From the NCBI RefSeq assembly GCF_009914755.1, contig NC_060940.1: a stretch of DNA of 64,000 bases; one strand, written 5' to 3'. The position numbers were made by a program, and so were the translations under genes. A model generated the notes under the pieces. That model searched no databases, was not told where the DNA came from, and was given only the letters and a program-made list of their open reading frames with translations. Source of the stretch: the human T2T-CHM13v2.0 reference genome, Homo sapiens. Each line of letters opens with the position of its first letter. The stretch's first letter is position 1. Below, one piece after another: positions 33,281 to 50,319 of this stretch.

Positions 33281-35802
33281 TAGATCTATTCCAAGGAGCC
33301 TGGACAATGCCTGGCACATAATAGAGCTCAGTGGATGTTTGTTGAATGAATAAATGAGCATTTGTCAGTTACTTCTAAGTTGTTGTTCTGCTGTGTTTGG
33401 CTTATGTTTCCAAGGTGATTTCATTTCATGGTCTAAAGTGGCTGCTGGAGCCCCAGCCCTGACACCTGTGTTCTTGGCAGCAGGAAGGGTAAAGCAGGAG
33501 AAGGGGAGAAAGTGTGTGCCAACTTCTCGTACAGAGGTTACCGCAAGTCACTCAAACACTTTCTCTTACTTCTCACTGGCCTGAACTTACTCTGCTAGGG
33601 ATGCTGAGAAATGTGATTTCTGTTTTTTAGTGGAGCACATTGTCACTCCAAATAAAACAGAAGGCAAGTAGTGGTCTGTGCTTAGTGCCTGGTACATAGT
33701 AATCTCTCATGAGGAAAATTCACTTTTTTTGTTACCCGGGGTCATGAGGGAGTATATGCTCTGTTCTGTAGTCGTCAGTAGATCAGATTGTCCCTATAGT
33801 GATTAACAAATGACCTTTTGATTCACAAAGACCTTGACTCTAATCCCTGCAGTAAGCACTTGCTAGCATTGTGACCTTGGGCAAGTTACTGTACCTCTGT
33901 GAGCCTCCGTGTTTAAAAATCATGAAAATGGGAAAAATAATAGAACCTACCTCATGGGTATTGGTGAGGATTGAATTACATAATGCAGGTAAAGAAGTGT
34001 GGGGCTGCTGTCTGAGACACAGGAAGCTAATAAATGAAGGCAGTTCTATATCATCCTATGATCTTTACCAGCCTCAGTCAAGTATGGTTTCTAGGTGCTC
34101 AGGACTCAAGGATCACAGAGACATCCTTCTGGAAGTTCCCAGAGTGCACTCCAGTTAGAACAGTTTGTGCCAAGCGGGAGAGGCATGAAGGAAGATGCTG
34201 TGTCAAGGAAGCTTCAGGTTGCTCCCTGTGGCTGTATCCTGGAATTCTGGAGTCCAGAGTACGTTTGGGGAATGATTGAGGGTGGGGTTTCTGCAAGGGT
34301 GGCCTGGGAACAGATTCCCAAGGTCCCAGTGAGGAGTTTGGCCTCGGTTCTGTGGATAGTGGGCACCTATTGAAGGCCTTTAAGGAGGGGGAGTAATTGA
34401 TCAGATCTGTTCGAGGGACAGAGCCATAATCCCCTCCTGGGCATTGTGGAGAAGTGGATAGGAGGAGGCCAGGGTCGGAGGGGCTGGAAGTTCTTTGAGC
34501 TATTCAGGCGAGAGATGATGATGGTCAGATCCAAAGCAGGGTGAATGCTTCTAGAGAGAGAGACTGGGTAGATCAACCATGATAAGTATGATTCCAGTTG
34601 TTTGGTTCTTGGATTAGAGTCTGTCTTCCCGGTAGACTTTGCTACCAGGGGTTAAGGATGGATAAACAAGATGTGAATGAATTATTTGCCTAGCTCCTCA
34701 AGGTACGAGGCCAGACCTAACCCAGGCCTTCACCAGCACTGGCGTCTTCAGTGAGATTGTGCCGCCTTTGTTAACCTGAGTCATTGAGGAGCAGACCTTT
34801 TGAAGAGTGAGTCTGCATCACAGCTTTAACAACCTGAGCCCTGTGGCAGGTAATTGTGACCAGGAGCAGCGTCTAATGAGCTAATTTTTGTCCAGTGATC
34901 ACATCTTGAGATAGTGTGCGTGAGCTGCATCCCTTTGTAATTGCCACGGTCACAGTATCGGGAGGCCCCAAGTCCGTGAGGAGGAAGTTGTCTTTGGGTC
35001 ACCAGCAAGGTCACAGCCTGTGGTTTGGGTTCATTTGTGCAGATTGGGGCTAATTTGTTTTTGCTCTTTTATCTGAATTGGAAATTGCTCAGCCAGGCAA
35101 GAGATACGGTCATTTAACAGACAGAAGCGCTCAGATGGAGGAGGGTATGAGGCCGGATAGGACCCCTGTTTTCCTCCAAAGTTCATGGTTACTGGGGATG
35201 TGACCTTGGCTTTCAGAGGACCTTCCCAGCAAAGATACCTTTCCCCTGTCTGCTGTATGGCCACAGAGTCAAAATGTTAATATGTTTGTTTCTGCTTTTT
35301 ATTTAAAAATTTTTAAATTATGGAATTTTTCAAACATGAACAAAAATAGATGGAATAGTGTAACAGCCCCTGTGTACCCATCCCCCAGTCTTCGCAGTTA
35401 CTCACTTGTTATTACTCTTGCTTTGCTGAGCCTGTTACACTCTCTGCTTTGTTTTTTGCTTAACAACTTACAGCAAGTCCTAGATGTTACATCAGCTATA
35501 AATACTTGCTTATATATGAATCTCTTACAGTAAGACAAAAAAATTATCACCACACACAACACTATTACACAATAAAATTAGCAACAGTCTCTTAATATCT
35601 AAGTTCAAAGTTCCTTGATGGTCGTTTACAGTGGCTTTGTTTGAGTGGGTTCTGATTTTACTTTTCAAAGTGTTAAGTCAGCTCATGCCATTCTTATGTG
35701 TACAACACTCCACTGTACTCAGAAAAAACAGAATATCCACCCTTCTTTCCCTGGCCTGCATGTTCTGCGTGATCTGACCGGGGCCTGCCTGCTTCCTGTT
35801 AA

Positions 35803-36484
<682 letters not shown>

Positions 36485-37153
36485 TGCATGCAATAATACA
36501 CATGAAAAGATTCACATCGTAGAATCTTTGGTTTCTGTGATACTTTTCTGTTAAGAGGTGGTACCAAGCACATGTTGGAATTATTACCTCCCACATCCAG
36601 ACCAGGTAACTGGTTTACAGATTGGGAAGATGGGACACCTGCAGATGGTCATTTCAAGGTTTGGCCTCACATGGGCATGTGGGGAGCAGGAGACAGTGTG
36701 GCTTCATGGAAACTGCCCTGGGCTTTGCATTGGGGTCTTTGGAAACCCTGCCCTATCTTAGCTCTGTAACCTGGAACGCGTTGCTTTCCTTCTCTGAACC
36801 CCAGATTCACCCATCAAATGGGGCAAACCACCATCTTCAAACCAGTGAGAGACACGGTGTTTCTGAGGCTCTTTCCATTTTCCTGCAGAAAAAGACTGAC
36901 CTGTACTAGTAGCAACTTTGCTGACCAGTCAGGCTGAGAGATGAACGCAGTACATACACCACAGGTCCCTGGAACAGATGCCACTAATTCATTATTGACA
37001 AAACATAATAGCTCTATTATTTTTTACATTTTCCGGGTGTTTTCTGAACACCAGTAATGGTTCTGTCTCACATAGGTCAGCTAAGTTAATCCTCGTGGTT
37101 GCCAGTGAGCAAGGTCCTTTTGTGTTCTCAGTTCACAAGAGGGTGACAGGCTA

Positions 37154-37561
<408 letters not shown>

Positions 37562-37567
37562 TCATGA

Positions 37568-38029
<462 letters not shown>

Positions 38030-38866
38030 ACTCCTCCTAATCTTTATGGTGAGCTTTTTGAATGCAGCTTTTTCCAGAAAGTTTTATGTAGCAAGCCGGT
38101 GTGACAGGAAGACAAATTGTTGAGCTTTAAATTGAAGAAAAACAGAAGGCAGTTTGTCTGATGTGTTCCAGTTCTGTTCTTCTACCTTCTTCAAGTTTGA
38201 ATTATGGAGACAGTGTCCTCCCGCTTTGAAAGTTAAACTGCTGGGAGGTATTTTATTGGGGAATGTTCTATTAAAGCATTAAGAACAATTAGATGTAAAG
38301 TCCTCTTTTATTTTTATGGAGTTTGACATACAAATAATTAGAAGTTTGGGTTTTCCCTCTCTCCCTACCTTCCTTCTCTTTCCTTCTCCCTCCCCACCGA
38401 CCCCACCTCTTTTTTCCCTTTCTTCCTTAAGGGAATTCTAAAACCCTGGAATGAAGTGCATTTTGGGAAGAATTTGGTAGCAGGCTTTCTGTAATTGCCC
38501 ACAGAAGGAGAAAAAACACATTTACCTATTTTTAGAGGTGAAAACTGCTCCTCCAGGCTTGAGGGCTTTTCTAGGGCAGGCTGTCCCCCGTTCTGAGACC
38601 CCCACAGTGGGAGCTGGCTTCCCTCTCCCCTCTGACACTCCTGAGGTGGAAGCAGGCTGTTTTTTTTGGAGATTCTGGCAGGCTTTTCTACCTGTCACAG
38701 CACTGGCTGTGGTTCCTAATTACAAACGTGTGTGTCTGATTAGGGTCTGTCGCCCCTATTAGACTCAGAATCCCATGAGAAAGGGTGTTCTGGCATTTCC
38801 CCCGTCTCCAACTCTTCATCCTCAGGCCTGAACTCTGTCTTTCACCCACAGCAGGTGACCGGCAGG

Positions 38867-39245
38867 TGCCTTAGTCCATCCGGGCTACTATAACAAAACA
38901 AAAAGTACCAGAAACTGGGTGGCTTATAAACAACAAATAGATCTCTCATGGTTGTGGAGGCTGGAAGTCCAAGATCAAGGTGCCAGCAGATGTGGTATCT
39001 GGGGAGGGCCTGTTTGCTGGTTCATAGATGGCACCTTCTCCCTGTGTCCTTACATGGTGGAAGAGGTGAGGCTGCTCTCTGGGGCCTCTCTTACAAAGGC
39101 ACGAATCCCATTCATAAAGGGCTCCACCCTCATAACCATAGGCTCTTTAAAATGCCGCACCTCCTAATATCATCATCTTGGAGGTTAGCATTTCAGCATA
39201 TGAATTTGGCAGTGGGGAGAGGACACAAACATTGAGACCACAGTA
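38867..39245 (-). mobile_element. MaLR solo LTR (MLT1A-like)
   Basis: ttagtccatccgggctactataacaaaa...ggaggctggaagtccaagatcaaggtgccagcaga. TSD gcagg/gcaag. Confidence 0.82.
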
Positions 39246-40404
39246 GCAAGCATTTAGGCATGAAGAATGTCACGGGAACAAGGCTTGGCTTCTCATTCTG
39301 CCTCCCACCCCCCTTGCCCTTCTGCCAGTGGCTGCCTCTGCTGGATGCCTTGTTCTGGACTTCTTGCTTGTCCTGCCCCCGTTGGTTGCCCCACCACCCC
39401 TTCCGCGCCCAGGGGACTCTGGCTCTTGTTGCTACTCTGCAGACCAGGAGAGAAAACTCCATCCCAGGAGGAAATGTATTTGGTTAGAAGGTTTGTAACA
39501 ATGTAATTATGCAGCTGAGTGTGCTCAGGTATATTCTATGTATTAAGCTGATAGAAAAATCCTGTGTTAAGTCGGTGGATTCAGAAGAACAGGCGCAATT
39601 TAGCAAGCCACTGGGAGGAGCAGCTCACGTGAAGAGCCACAGAATGTTTCTCTTCTTGAGAGCACAGGGATGAGGTGAGCCAGGGACATGGTCATTAACA
39701 AGAGGAGGAGGGGATTTGGCTTGGTTAAAGGACCCTGGACTCTTTCCATTGCCTCAGTTACAGGCCGTTTTCTCAGGGCAATGATGTTTTCATTAGAAAA
39801 GCCACAGACACACTGAGCCAACTATAACTGGGGACCAAATGAGAGGCCGCTTTTCTATGCTAGCTGCCTCTTGAGGGCAGACTGTGGAGTTGGAGATGCG
39901 TTTGAGTAGAGGGTGGTGGCATGCGGAGATGGAAAATGAAAGGGGTAGATGCAGCTGGGAGTGTGAGAGCAGGGAGGGCCCAGAACCTTCTGCAGTTCAT
40001 CCTCCTGGAGAGTCTACAACCACCATGGGTTCACTAAGTGATCGTGAGTCCCAGGGCCTGTCTTGTTCCAGTGACACTGCTGCAAGGAAGGGTCCCATGC
40101 TAGAGATGGCTGGGCCCATCCTCATGAGATCACTCCTCTGCTCAAGATCCTGCAGTGGCTCCCCACTTCCTTCGAAGTAAAGCCAAAGCTAGTGAGTGGT
40201 ATAAAAGGACTTGACATGATGCAGTGCTCCCATCATCTCTCTCTGCTCCTCCGACTCCTCCTCGTGTTCATCTGCTCTGGGCATATTGGTCTCTTTGCTG
40301 TTCCTTAACGTGCGTGGCGCACACCCCCCCACATCTCCTTGAAGCCTTGGCTCTAACGTTTCTCTCTACCAAGACCCTCTTCCCCCAGAGAGCTTCTTGG
40401 TTAA

Positions 40405-40708
<304 letters not shown>

Positions 40709-42335
40709 TTGTTGGCCCAGCCCTCTTGGAGTCTCAGGAAGGGGCGCAGGTTGCCTGGGTTTCCCTCCTTGCCTCTTCCTGCCCCCAGAGAGCACCATGA
40801 AGCCCAATGAAGGTGGATATGGGGCAGGAGCTTGCTGGGGCTCTGGTGTGCAGGAAGGTTTCCCTGTTTGTCTTCAAAACTGATTTTGTAAGTGCTGAGA
40901 GCCGTGTTTTGTTTCTCTACCTCTATGGCCTCATCTGCAAGGCAGGCCTCTCTAGGTCCTTAGCAAATGGCTGTCCAGCCGACTTGGCCAAATGAATGAA
41001 TTGATTCTCAGGGCTGTCTGTTTATCCAACGTCAGGAGAATGGGAGTGCAGGAGCCCAGGGCATGGTCCCTCTGGGCACTGAGTTTCCTCGTGCCCCCCT
41101 CCCCTGGAGCTCGGGTGTGTGTAGATGCATGACCAAGGACCAGGGGGCATTTTCACTTCTGTGGGGTGGGCCTGCCGGGTGGCTGGGCAGGGAGGCCCCT
41201 GTTTTAGTCGTGGTTCTCCTGGGAGCAGAGCCTGTGTCAGGGGCTTGGATTTAGGTGCTTCTCTGGGAGCTGATCCTAGGAAGCTACAGTGAGGGAGCCG
41301 GAGGGTGAGAAGGGAAGGAACGGCAGTCAGGAAAGGGGATTTCTTGAGATGGCTGCAGGTGGGCAGCCGGAGAGTCCCCCGAGGAGTGTGGAGAACATGC
41401 CTCGCAGTCGCCTCGGAAGGATGGGGCATTCATCCACCAACATCCACCCCCCATAGGCTGATGGTTGTCCCCTCGAGGTGCTGGCTGTCTCCACCCTGCT
41501 TCCACACTATCCAGCAGGGCTGGTCCCCTTCTCTGGCTCTGGAGAAAGTCCTGAGGGCAGCACAGGGGAGACCTCATGGTTATGGAGGTGGGAGTGAGTA
41601 GGCGATGTGCACACACTGGCCCTCCACAGCATGAGGGCGAGAGGTGAGCCGAGGGCAGGGGACGTGGGGTCATGATGTCTCCTAAAGGAACTTCTCTTAT
41701 TGCCCAGGGCGGGAGGTTTCACAGCAGCCGTTTCCTGGGTGTCCTGCTCTCCCAGAGTGCTCTGCAGTATTATCCTTTTACCTCAGGCCACTGTGTAGCA
41801 CCATGTAAAGGGTCTTATGCCTTTACATTGGCACGATTGGAGCCTTTGAAACGTGGTTATGAAGCAGGCTTGATTTTCTGCATTTTTCAGATGAAAAAGC
41901 AGAGACTGGAGGTTTCCTATCTTGGTCAAGTTCATGTGAGCTCGTAAGTGAAGAATCCAGGAACTGAATTCCTGTCCCTGACCCCAAATTCCTTGCTGGG
42001 AGGGCTTGAGTGGTGCCCTATTCCCTACACTATGAAGTGGAGACAGTGTGCAGGGCCATTCTCTGAAAGCCCTTTGTGCCTCTGGGCCTTTGCATGTGCT
42101 TGTCTCCGTCTGCCCGAGGGCTGGCTTCTGTTCATGCATCAGGAGCCAGCTGCAGTGTCACCACCTCTGTGAAGGCGCCGTGATTCCCTCCAGTGCTTCA
42201 TCCTTTGTGTTTTCCCAGCATCCCAGACTTGTATTATAATTCACATTACATCACAGCATCTGGTATAAGTTCTCAGGTGCTAGGTACAGTGACCAACTCC
42301 AGCTGACCGTGCATGAGTTAAAGCGTTGCTGCTGC

Positions 42336-42781
<446 letters not shown>

Positions 42782-43828
42782 TAGTCCTGCTTGAACATTC
42801 TCACATATTTTGTGGTCCATTTGCCTAATGATTCATAAGTGCCTCACAGGCCAAGCTCACATTAGTTCTTTTCTTGAACATTGATATGATGCCTCACCCA
42901 GGCTGTGGGCCAAAAGGACAGCGTGGCATGATGAAAAGAACATGCAACGTGCACCGGAGACTCGGGGTAGCCCGAGTGGAACCCTGCTCCCTCATTTCCT
43001 GCCGTGTGACCTCAGGCAACTTTGAGCCTGTTTCCTTATTTGTGAAATGCGGATATGGGGATTGAGTGAAATGGGGGAACCCTTAGCTCAGTGCTTGTCT
43101 GTTTAAGTATTGACTTCTGTCCCACTTTCTCTAGTTAGTGCCCAGTAAATTGTTGACTTGATCTCAACTCAGAACGAGGATCTTTGCCTGTGGCGTGGAA
43201 TCATTTCTCCAATCATGGAGAATGGGCGGAGAATGAGATTTGTAACACACCTGCCTGTTAGTTTTAGATGAGCCCTTCTGGAATTAATATGGTGTAGGCT
43301 TGGGTAGAAAGCACATCTTGTGCATAACTGCATTATCTTAGCAATTAGCTGGAATGAAGGTTCCATGTGCCCTCTACTGAGGACACCCGTCTAACAAAGG
43401 GTTTCTTTGGCTCCCAGCAAGGCTGGCACCCCTGCAGATGTATGACGATACCCAGCCAAGTTGATCTCTCTGCCTAATCCCTAGTTCCAGGGATAGCCTG
43501 TGGAGCATTGTAGGGAGTTGGCTTCATTCCTCACCCTTCCATTCTTTCAGAGACGATGGCTCAGCACACTGTATGTTGGGCTGCTTCTCAAGAACTAATT
43601 CCCAGTAACTAGCAATCCCAGTATTGAGTAGATGCAAGATGATTTTGAGAACTCTCGCTGTTCTGTTTCTAGGCTTCAACTTCGGATATCTTGGACCAGG
43701 CGTTTCTCCCTAAAGCTTTTGCTGAAGTTTCACCAAAGGATTTTATGAGACTGTAGGTTCCATGGACCACATCTGCATAGAGACATGGCTGTGTATTTCA
43801 CAAGTAGGAGAATAGAAATCCCCACTGG

Positions 43829-43955
43829 GGCTGGGCACGGTAGCTCACACCTGTAATCCTAACACTTTGGGGAGCCGAAGCAGGAGAATCACTTGAGCCC
43901 AGAAGTTTGAGACCAGCCTGGGCAACATAAGGAGACCCTGTCTCTATTAAAAATA
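43829..43955 (+). mobile_element. Alu left monomer (FLAM-like)
   Basis: Single arm. Flanks aaatcccc(c/a) on both sides. Confidence 0.8.
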
Positions 43956-44724
43956 AGTACATTTAGAAATAAAAATATAAAGAGGAAAGGAAATCCCCAG
44001 TAGGACTGGGAGAACTCATACCTCATGGGTAGTGGGCTCAGTGGCCTTGGTGAACACTTAAGAGAGGGACAGGAAGTACAAGGTCCTTTGCTGCTACTCC
44101 CTTATCCCGTGCTTTTGCAGACATTACTAATCAATCACTGCACTCTTTGTAGCCCTAGAATCTTAGATTCCAGTGCATCTAGGCAGCCACTTCCAGTCAT
44201 AGGCACCAATTTTCTTTACTGAAAATCTATTCTTCACCTCTCTTGTCTCTGGGAACTCTAAGTAAGTCCCTTTCCAAAAGCGCAGGCTAGTCAGATGTCT
44301 CTAACAAATGGTTCTAGGGCCAAGTGGGAATGATGAGATTTGCCACAGCAGGGAATAGCACCGTGACTCTGATGTTGCCAGGTGTGGAAATGATGCTGGT
44401 GAGGCCTGGGTGGTGGTCTGGATGCCCACTGTTTGCCCCATTGCTGGGTCTGCTGGACCCCACGAACTGCCTCCACTCCACTTTCTGACTGTATTCATGT
44501 TGCTGAGGGGCGTCAGGGGGCATGGTAGGAGTAGATGTTAGGTTTTTAACATGAGGAATCTTCATTTTAGTTTAGATTCAGGATCTTTCAGCCCTCTGAG
44601 TCTATCCCCTTGGTTACATAGCAGAGAGGCTTATGTGCTCTGCCAATTAGCCCACCAACTTTAGAAGGTCACAGCCAGAAAAATAGTCTTGTGCTAATGA
44701 TTTAAAAATAACTTGGTGTTATTA

Positions 44725-44965
44725 TATCATTCCATTCCTATGAAACATCTAGGATAAGCAAATTTCTAGAGACAGAAACGAGATTAGTGGTTGTCAGGGG
44801 CCGTGGTTGGGGTGTGGGTGGTTGGGAGTGACTGCTAATGGATATAGGGTTTCTTTTTGGGGTGATGAAAATGATCTCTTCATAGAATTGTTGTTGTTGT
44901 TGTACAGTCTTGCAAATATGCTAAAAACCACTGGACATGCACTTTAAAGGGTGAATTATATCTTA
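44725..44965 (+). mobile_element. L1MB-like 3' end fragment
   Basis: tagagacagaaacgagattagtggttgtcagggg...gactgctaatggatatagggtttctttttggggtgatgaaaatg. Confidence 0.75.
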
Positions 44966-45799
44966 AGGAAGATGAGAAAAAAGTAAGGAGATTTTGTACA
45001 AAATAAAATCAAGTGTTAATAACAGCTACTACTGAGCACTTAAAAACGTAACTTCATGGCAGAAGTGTTAGTGCTGTCCCCCATTTCTTGATGGCATTAT
45101 AGCATCAATGTCTGGACTGTGGGAGCTTTCTCTTTTGGGTCTGAAATATTGAGATCTTGACTGCTTTCACTTCTGGCCTTGTGCCGGGAGTAGCGACTGT
45201 ATGTGTGATTTCGAGATATGCAAATCATCCTCTTCTTGCTTTCCTGATTTTTCTCAGGATTGCTGACATGCTACAGCTGATCAAAACCCACACCCGAGTA
45301 CATTTTTGACAGAGATACAGTGATGATTTCATCTTTCATTTTCACCTCCCTCTATCAGTCCCGCAATGATTTCCAGTGTCTGATACCTCGTCACGTTCTG
45401 CGGTTGATAATACTATCTCAATTCATGGCCCTTGAAGCCATGTTGACCACCTTTCTGACCTTTGGATAGACAGGGAATACCAGATGGGCTGCGTTTTCCC
45501 CTCGGATTTTCTTTCCAGCCTTTTCCCTTTCCACTCTCTTCTTTGCCCCGAGGCGCAGCTTGGTGGACTCCATCACGAGGTTCCCCGACCTCTGACTTAT
45601 GGTTGGCTTTGGCCCATGTGGTCACTGGGAAGCTCTGCCAGGAATGACTTGAGGCTGGGGCAGTTACTCTCTCGTCTTCCTCTCTGCTGGAGGCTGCAGC
45701 TTCTTTAAGTGGCATGGCATCACTGCCCAATTGATGCTGGGCTCCAGTAGCCACTGTCTACCTTACCCTTCAGGCCTGAAGGAGCGTAGGGTGGGCATC

Positions 45800-46221
45800 T
45801 GATACGGTTTGGATGTTTGTTCCCTCCAAATCTTACGTTAAAATGTGATTCCTAATGTTAGAGGTGGTGTCTGATGGGAAGTATTGGGTCATGGGGACAG
45901 GTGGGTCCCTCATGAATGGCTTAGCACACTCCCCCTTGGTCATGAGTGAGTTCTTGCTCTATTAGTTAATGCCAGAACTGGTTACTTAAAAAGAGCCTGG
46001 CACTTCCACCCTCCCTGCCCTTACTTCTTCTCTTGCCTGTGGCACGCCAGTTCCCTATGCCTTCTGCCATGACTGAAAGCTTTCTGAGGCTTCACTAGAA
46101 GCAGGTGCTGGACCGCGTTTCTTACACAGTCTGCAGAACTGTGAACCAAATAGACCTCCCTTCCATATAAATTACCCAGCCTCAGGTATTCCTGATGAGC
46201 AATGCAAAATGGACTAATACA
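45800..46221 (+). mobile_element. MaLR solo LTR (MSTB-like), probably nested in an older ERVL-type LTR (about 45500-46370)
   Basis: tgatacggtttggatgtttgttccctccaaatc...ctgcagaactgtgaaccaaat...aaaatggactaataca. Confidence 0.8.
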
Positions 46222-46639
46222 GTCTTTCCACAATTGTCGGCCCCCGAATCCCTCACCACCCCTGTTGGTTTCTTTTCACCTTGCTCCTCTGTAAATGGTC
46301 TATTAAACCTCACCATCAACCCCTTTGATGGTGCCATGTACTTACTTCCTGCCGGGCTTTGACTGAAACACCAGGCTTGTTCCAACTGGATGGCTTTGCA
46401 CGTGATGGCTCCCTTCTTGAACACTCTTCCCTCAGATCTCAGCACGGTCGGCTCCTTCTGAGGGTGTCCAGCCTCAGCACACATGTCAGCGCCTCCGAGG
46501 GGCCTCGTCTGTTTACCCTCTCATCGTCCATCCTAGTACTATGCGTCATTTTCTTTATATCACTTTGACCCTCTGAAATGATCAATACTTGGTTGGCTGA
46601 CTGGGCTTGTCCAGGGCATCCACACCCTCCTAAGTAGAT

Positions 46640-46925
46640 GAGGAGTTGGCAAATATATTCTGTTGAGGGGCAGAGGGTAAATATTTTTGGCTTTGCAGGC
46701 CATATGGTCTCTGTCACAACTACTGAAGTCTGCTGTTGTAGCAAGAAAGCTGCCAGAGACATTACATAAATGAGTGGACATGCCTGTGTTCCACTAAAAC
46801 TTCATTCACAGAAACAGAGCAGAAATGTGTGGTAGGCACATTCTATTCAATAAAGCTATTTAAGAAGCCACAAAAAATACACAACAGGCTGGATTTGTCC
46901 TGTGGGCCATAGTTGATGACCTTGA
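46640..46925 (+). mobile_element. MER58A-like MITE
   Basis: gttggcaaat...gtaaatatttttggctttgcaggccatatggtctctgtcacaactact...ggatttgtcctgtgggccatagtt. Confidence 0.75.
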
Positions 46926-47134
46926 GCTAGCCTGAAGGCAGTGGGGTCTTGTGTGTCCTGTTCACTTTGGGTCCAGTGCTTTGAACGGGGCCTGGCTCGT
47001 AGGAGGTGCGTAGTAACTGTTCCCTGAATGCAGACCCAGGAATGCCTGTTCCATGCAGGTCATGGTGCTGGGCAGCGGCAACACCCTGGAGGGCCGGCAA
47101 GCACGTGTTTATCACACAACATAGTTGTTGCTTT

Positions 47135-47453
<319 letters not shown>

Positions 47454-48929
47454 TAGGAATGTCCTTTGCGGAGCCCCCAGGGTGAATTGGGTCACCCTGC
47501 TGAGAAAGGCGGGACTGGCCTCCCTGAGGAGGGAACACTGGAGCTGCGTCTGGAAGGCTGATTAGGGGTTTGGCAGGTGGGTGAGGTGGGGTAGCAGGGA
47601 GGAGGGCTTTACGAGAAGCTTGAGAGGGCCTGGTGTGTTTGACGGACTAGACTCTGCTACCCAGGGTGTTGAGGGTGACTGGAGAGGAGCTCAAGTGGAC
47701 AGAGGCCAGACCAGAGGCCTGCACACCATGCCTGGTGGTGGGTCATTATCCTCTAGGCGATGGAGCAGCACTGAGGATGCAGCACCGACGAATTCACATG
47801 GTTAGAGAGGCGTTTCCATTGAGAGCAGTGTGGAGAGTCATGGAGGGGCTGGTGGCAACAGGAGACTAGAAATCTCCTGTAGAAGCTTCCCTCTATAGAA
47901 GCTTCTTGCCCCACATGGGTCTTGGTCTAGGGTGGGGTCTTGGGAGGATTTGTATTTGTTAAACCGAACCTTTTGTTCAGCCAGGGCTGAGGACTGTTCC
48001 CTGCCTCGGCACATCCTGCGGTCTCTGTTGGAGAGAACGGACCATAAGCTGATGCAGGCTCTGTTTCTGGCTTGCTCGATGGTGGTACTGTTCCGTGGTG
48101 CAGAGGATGAGCAGGTGTAGGTGAGGAGAGGGTGTGTCCAGATTTGGACATTCTACAGGAGTGGGGTGGGGAGAACTGAGATGTTAACAAGTAATTGAAA
48201 AATGAGGTCACAGGTAGTACAGCTCTCAAGAAGACAGTACAAGATGATGATGTGAATCTGCAAAGGACCTATGGAGTGGGAATATCTTTTGGTTGGGAGG
48301 GTTTGCTTTCTTAGTTGGGGAAAGCATTTTGGAGGTGCGGTGTGTGTGTAGGGGCACAAAGGAGCCAAGACTGGAAGGATGAGGAGGAACCAGCTCTCCC
48401 AGTGTCTGGGGGAAGACAGGGAAGGGCATATGCAAAGGCCCTGGGGTAGGGATGAGTGTGGGGTATGGAAGAAATGTCAAGAGGGGCGCAGAGCAGAATG
48501 TGAGAGGGCAGTGAGGTACGAAATAAGGCATTTGAGTGGAGTTTGGAAAACAGAATTTCCAGTTGACCAAGATTTCTGGTTAATAGAGTACTAGTTATGC
48601 TGGTTTAAGAAAACCCGTGCGATAGTGAATGACTGTAATAAGGATTTATAAGATGTACTTGGGAATCCTTGATCCTGTAGGTTCGTGATTTTGAGAAGTT
48701 CAACTGCTACATTTTTGCCCCTGGCCTAGCATTACAACCTTGAGAAGATTGAGTACTGTTTACAAGTATGTACTTTTTTGGTTGATAATATTTCTTGAAA
48801 CTTCTCACTTTGAAAGGGGCCATACAGCATTTGGAAGCTGTATGGGCAGCCTGAGCATTTGGCTTGGATTTAATCATGGGATTTTCTTACTTTGGGCAGC
48901 AGAATTCATATAAGTGTGTTTATTCATGC

Positions 48930-49238
<309 letters not shown>

Positions 49239-49755
49239 TTATTCATGCCTTTTTGACTCACTTCTCCTGTGGCTGTTCTTGAATTTGCATTTGCCATCAT
49301 GTGAGTGAATCAAGAGTTTGTCGTGTTCAGCCTTTTGAGGAACAGGATAAGGACCACTTAGCAGAACTTTTGGAGACATACTGGCATCTTATTAAGTGGG
49401 AAATACATGGTTTCACATGGAAGTGAGTATAAATCGAGTAGGCCTGTGTTTTTGCTTTGGAATCTCTGTTGCTCATGTGTTTCCTGCGTAATTGTCCTGA
49501 AGAAGAGAGGAGCTTGAGTGACATGCATTCTGCAAACATCTTGCTCCCTTTTGCAGTGTGCTTTCTAGTTATTATGTGGTGCATATACAGCTTGTGAAGT
49601 TGTTCAGCAATTTAGTGGCATAAAAAGATAACCTGCTTGTCAATTTTTGTCTCAGGTCAAGTCACTTATGCCTAAGAAAAGATGAAAAATGATACATGTA
49701 GGCAAAATAGTCAATCCTTTAGTTTGAGTCTGTATCAGCTAAACATTTTTTGTAA

Positions 49756-50319
<564 letters not shown>
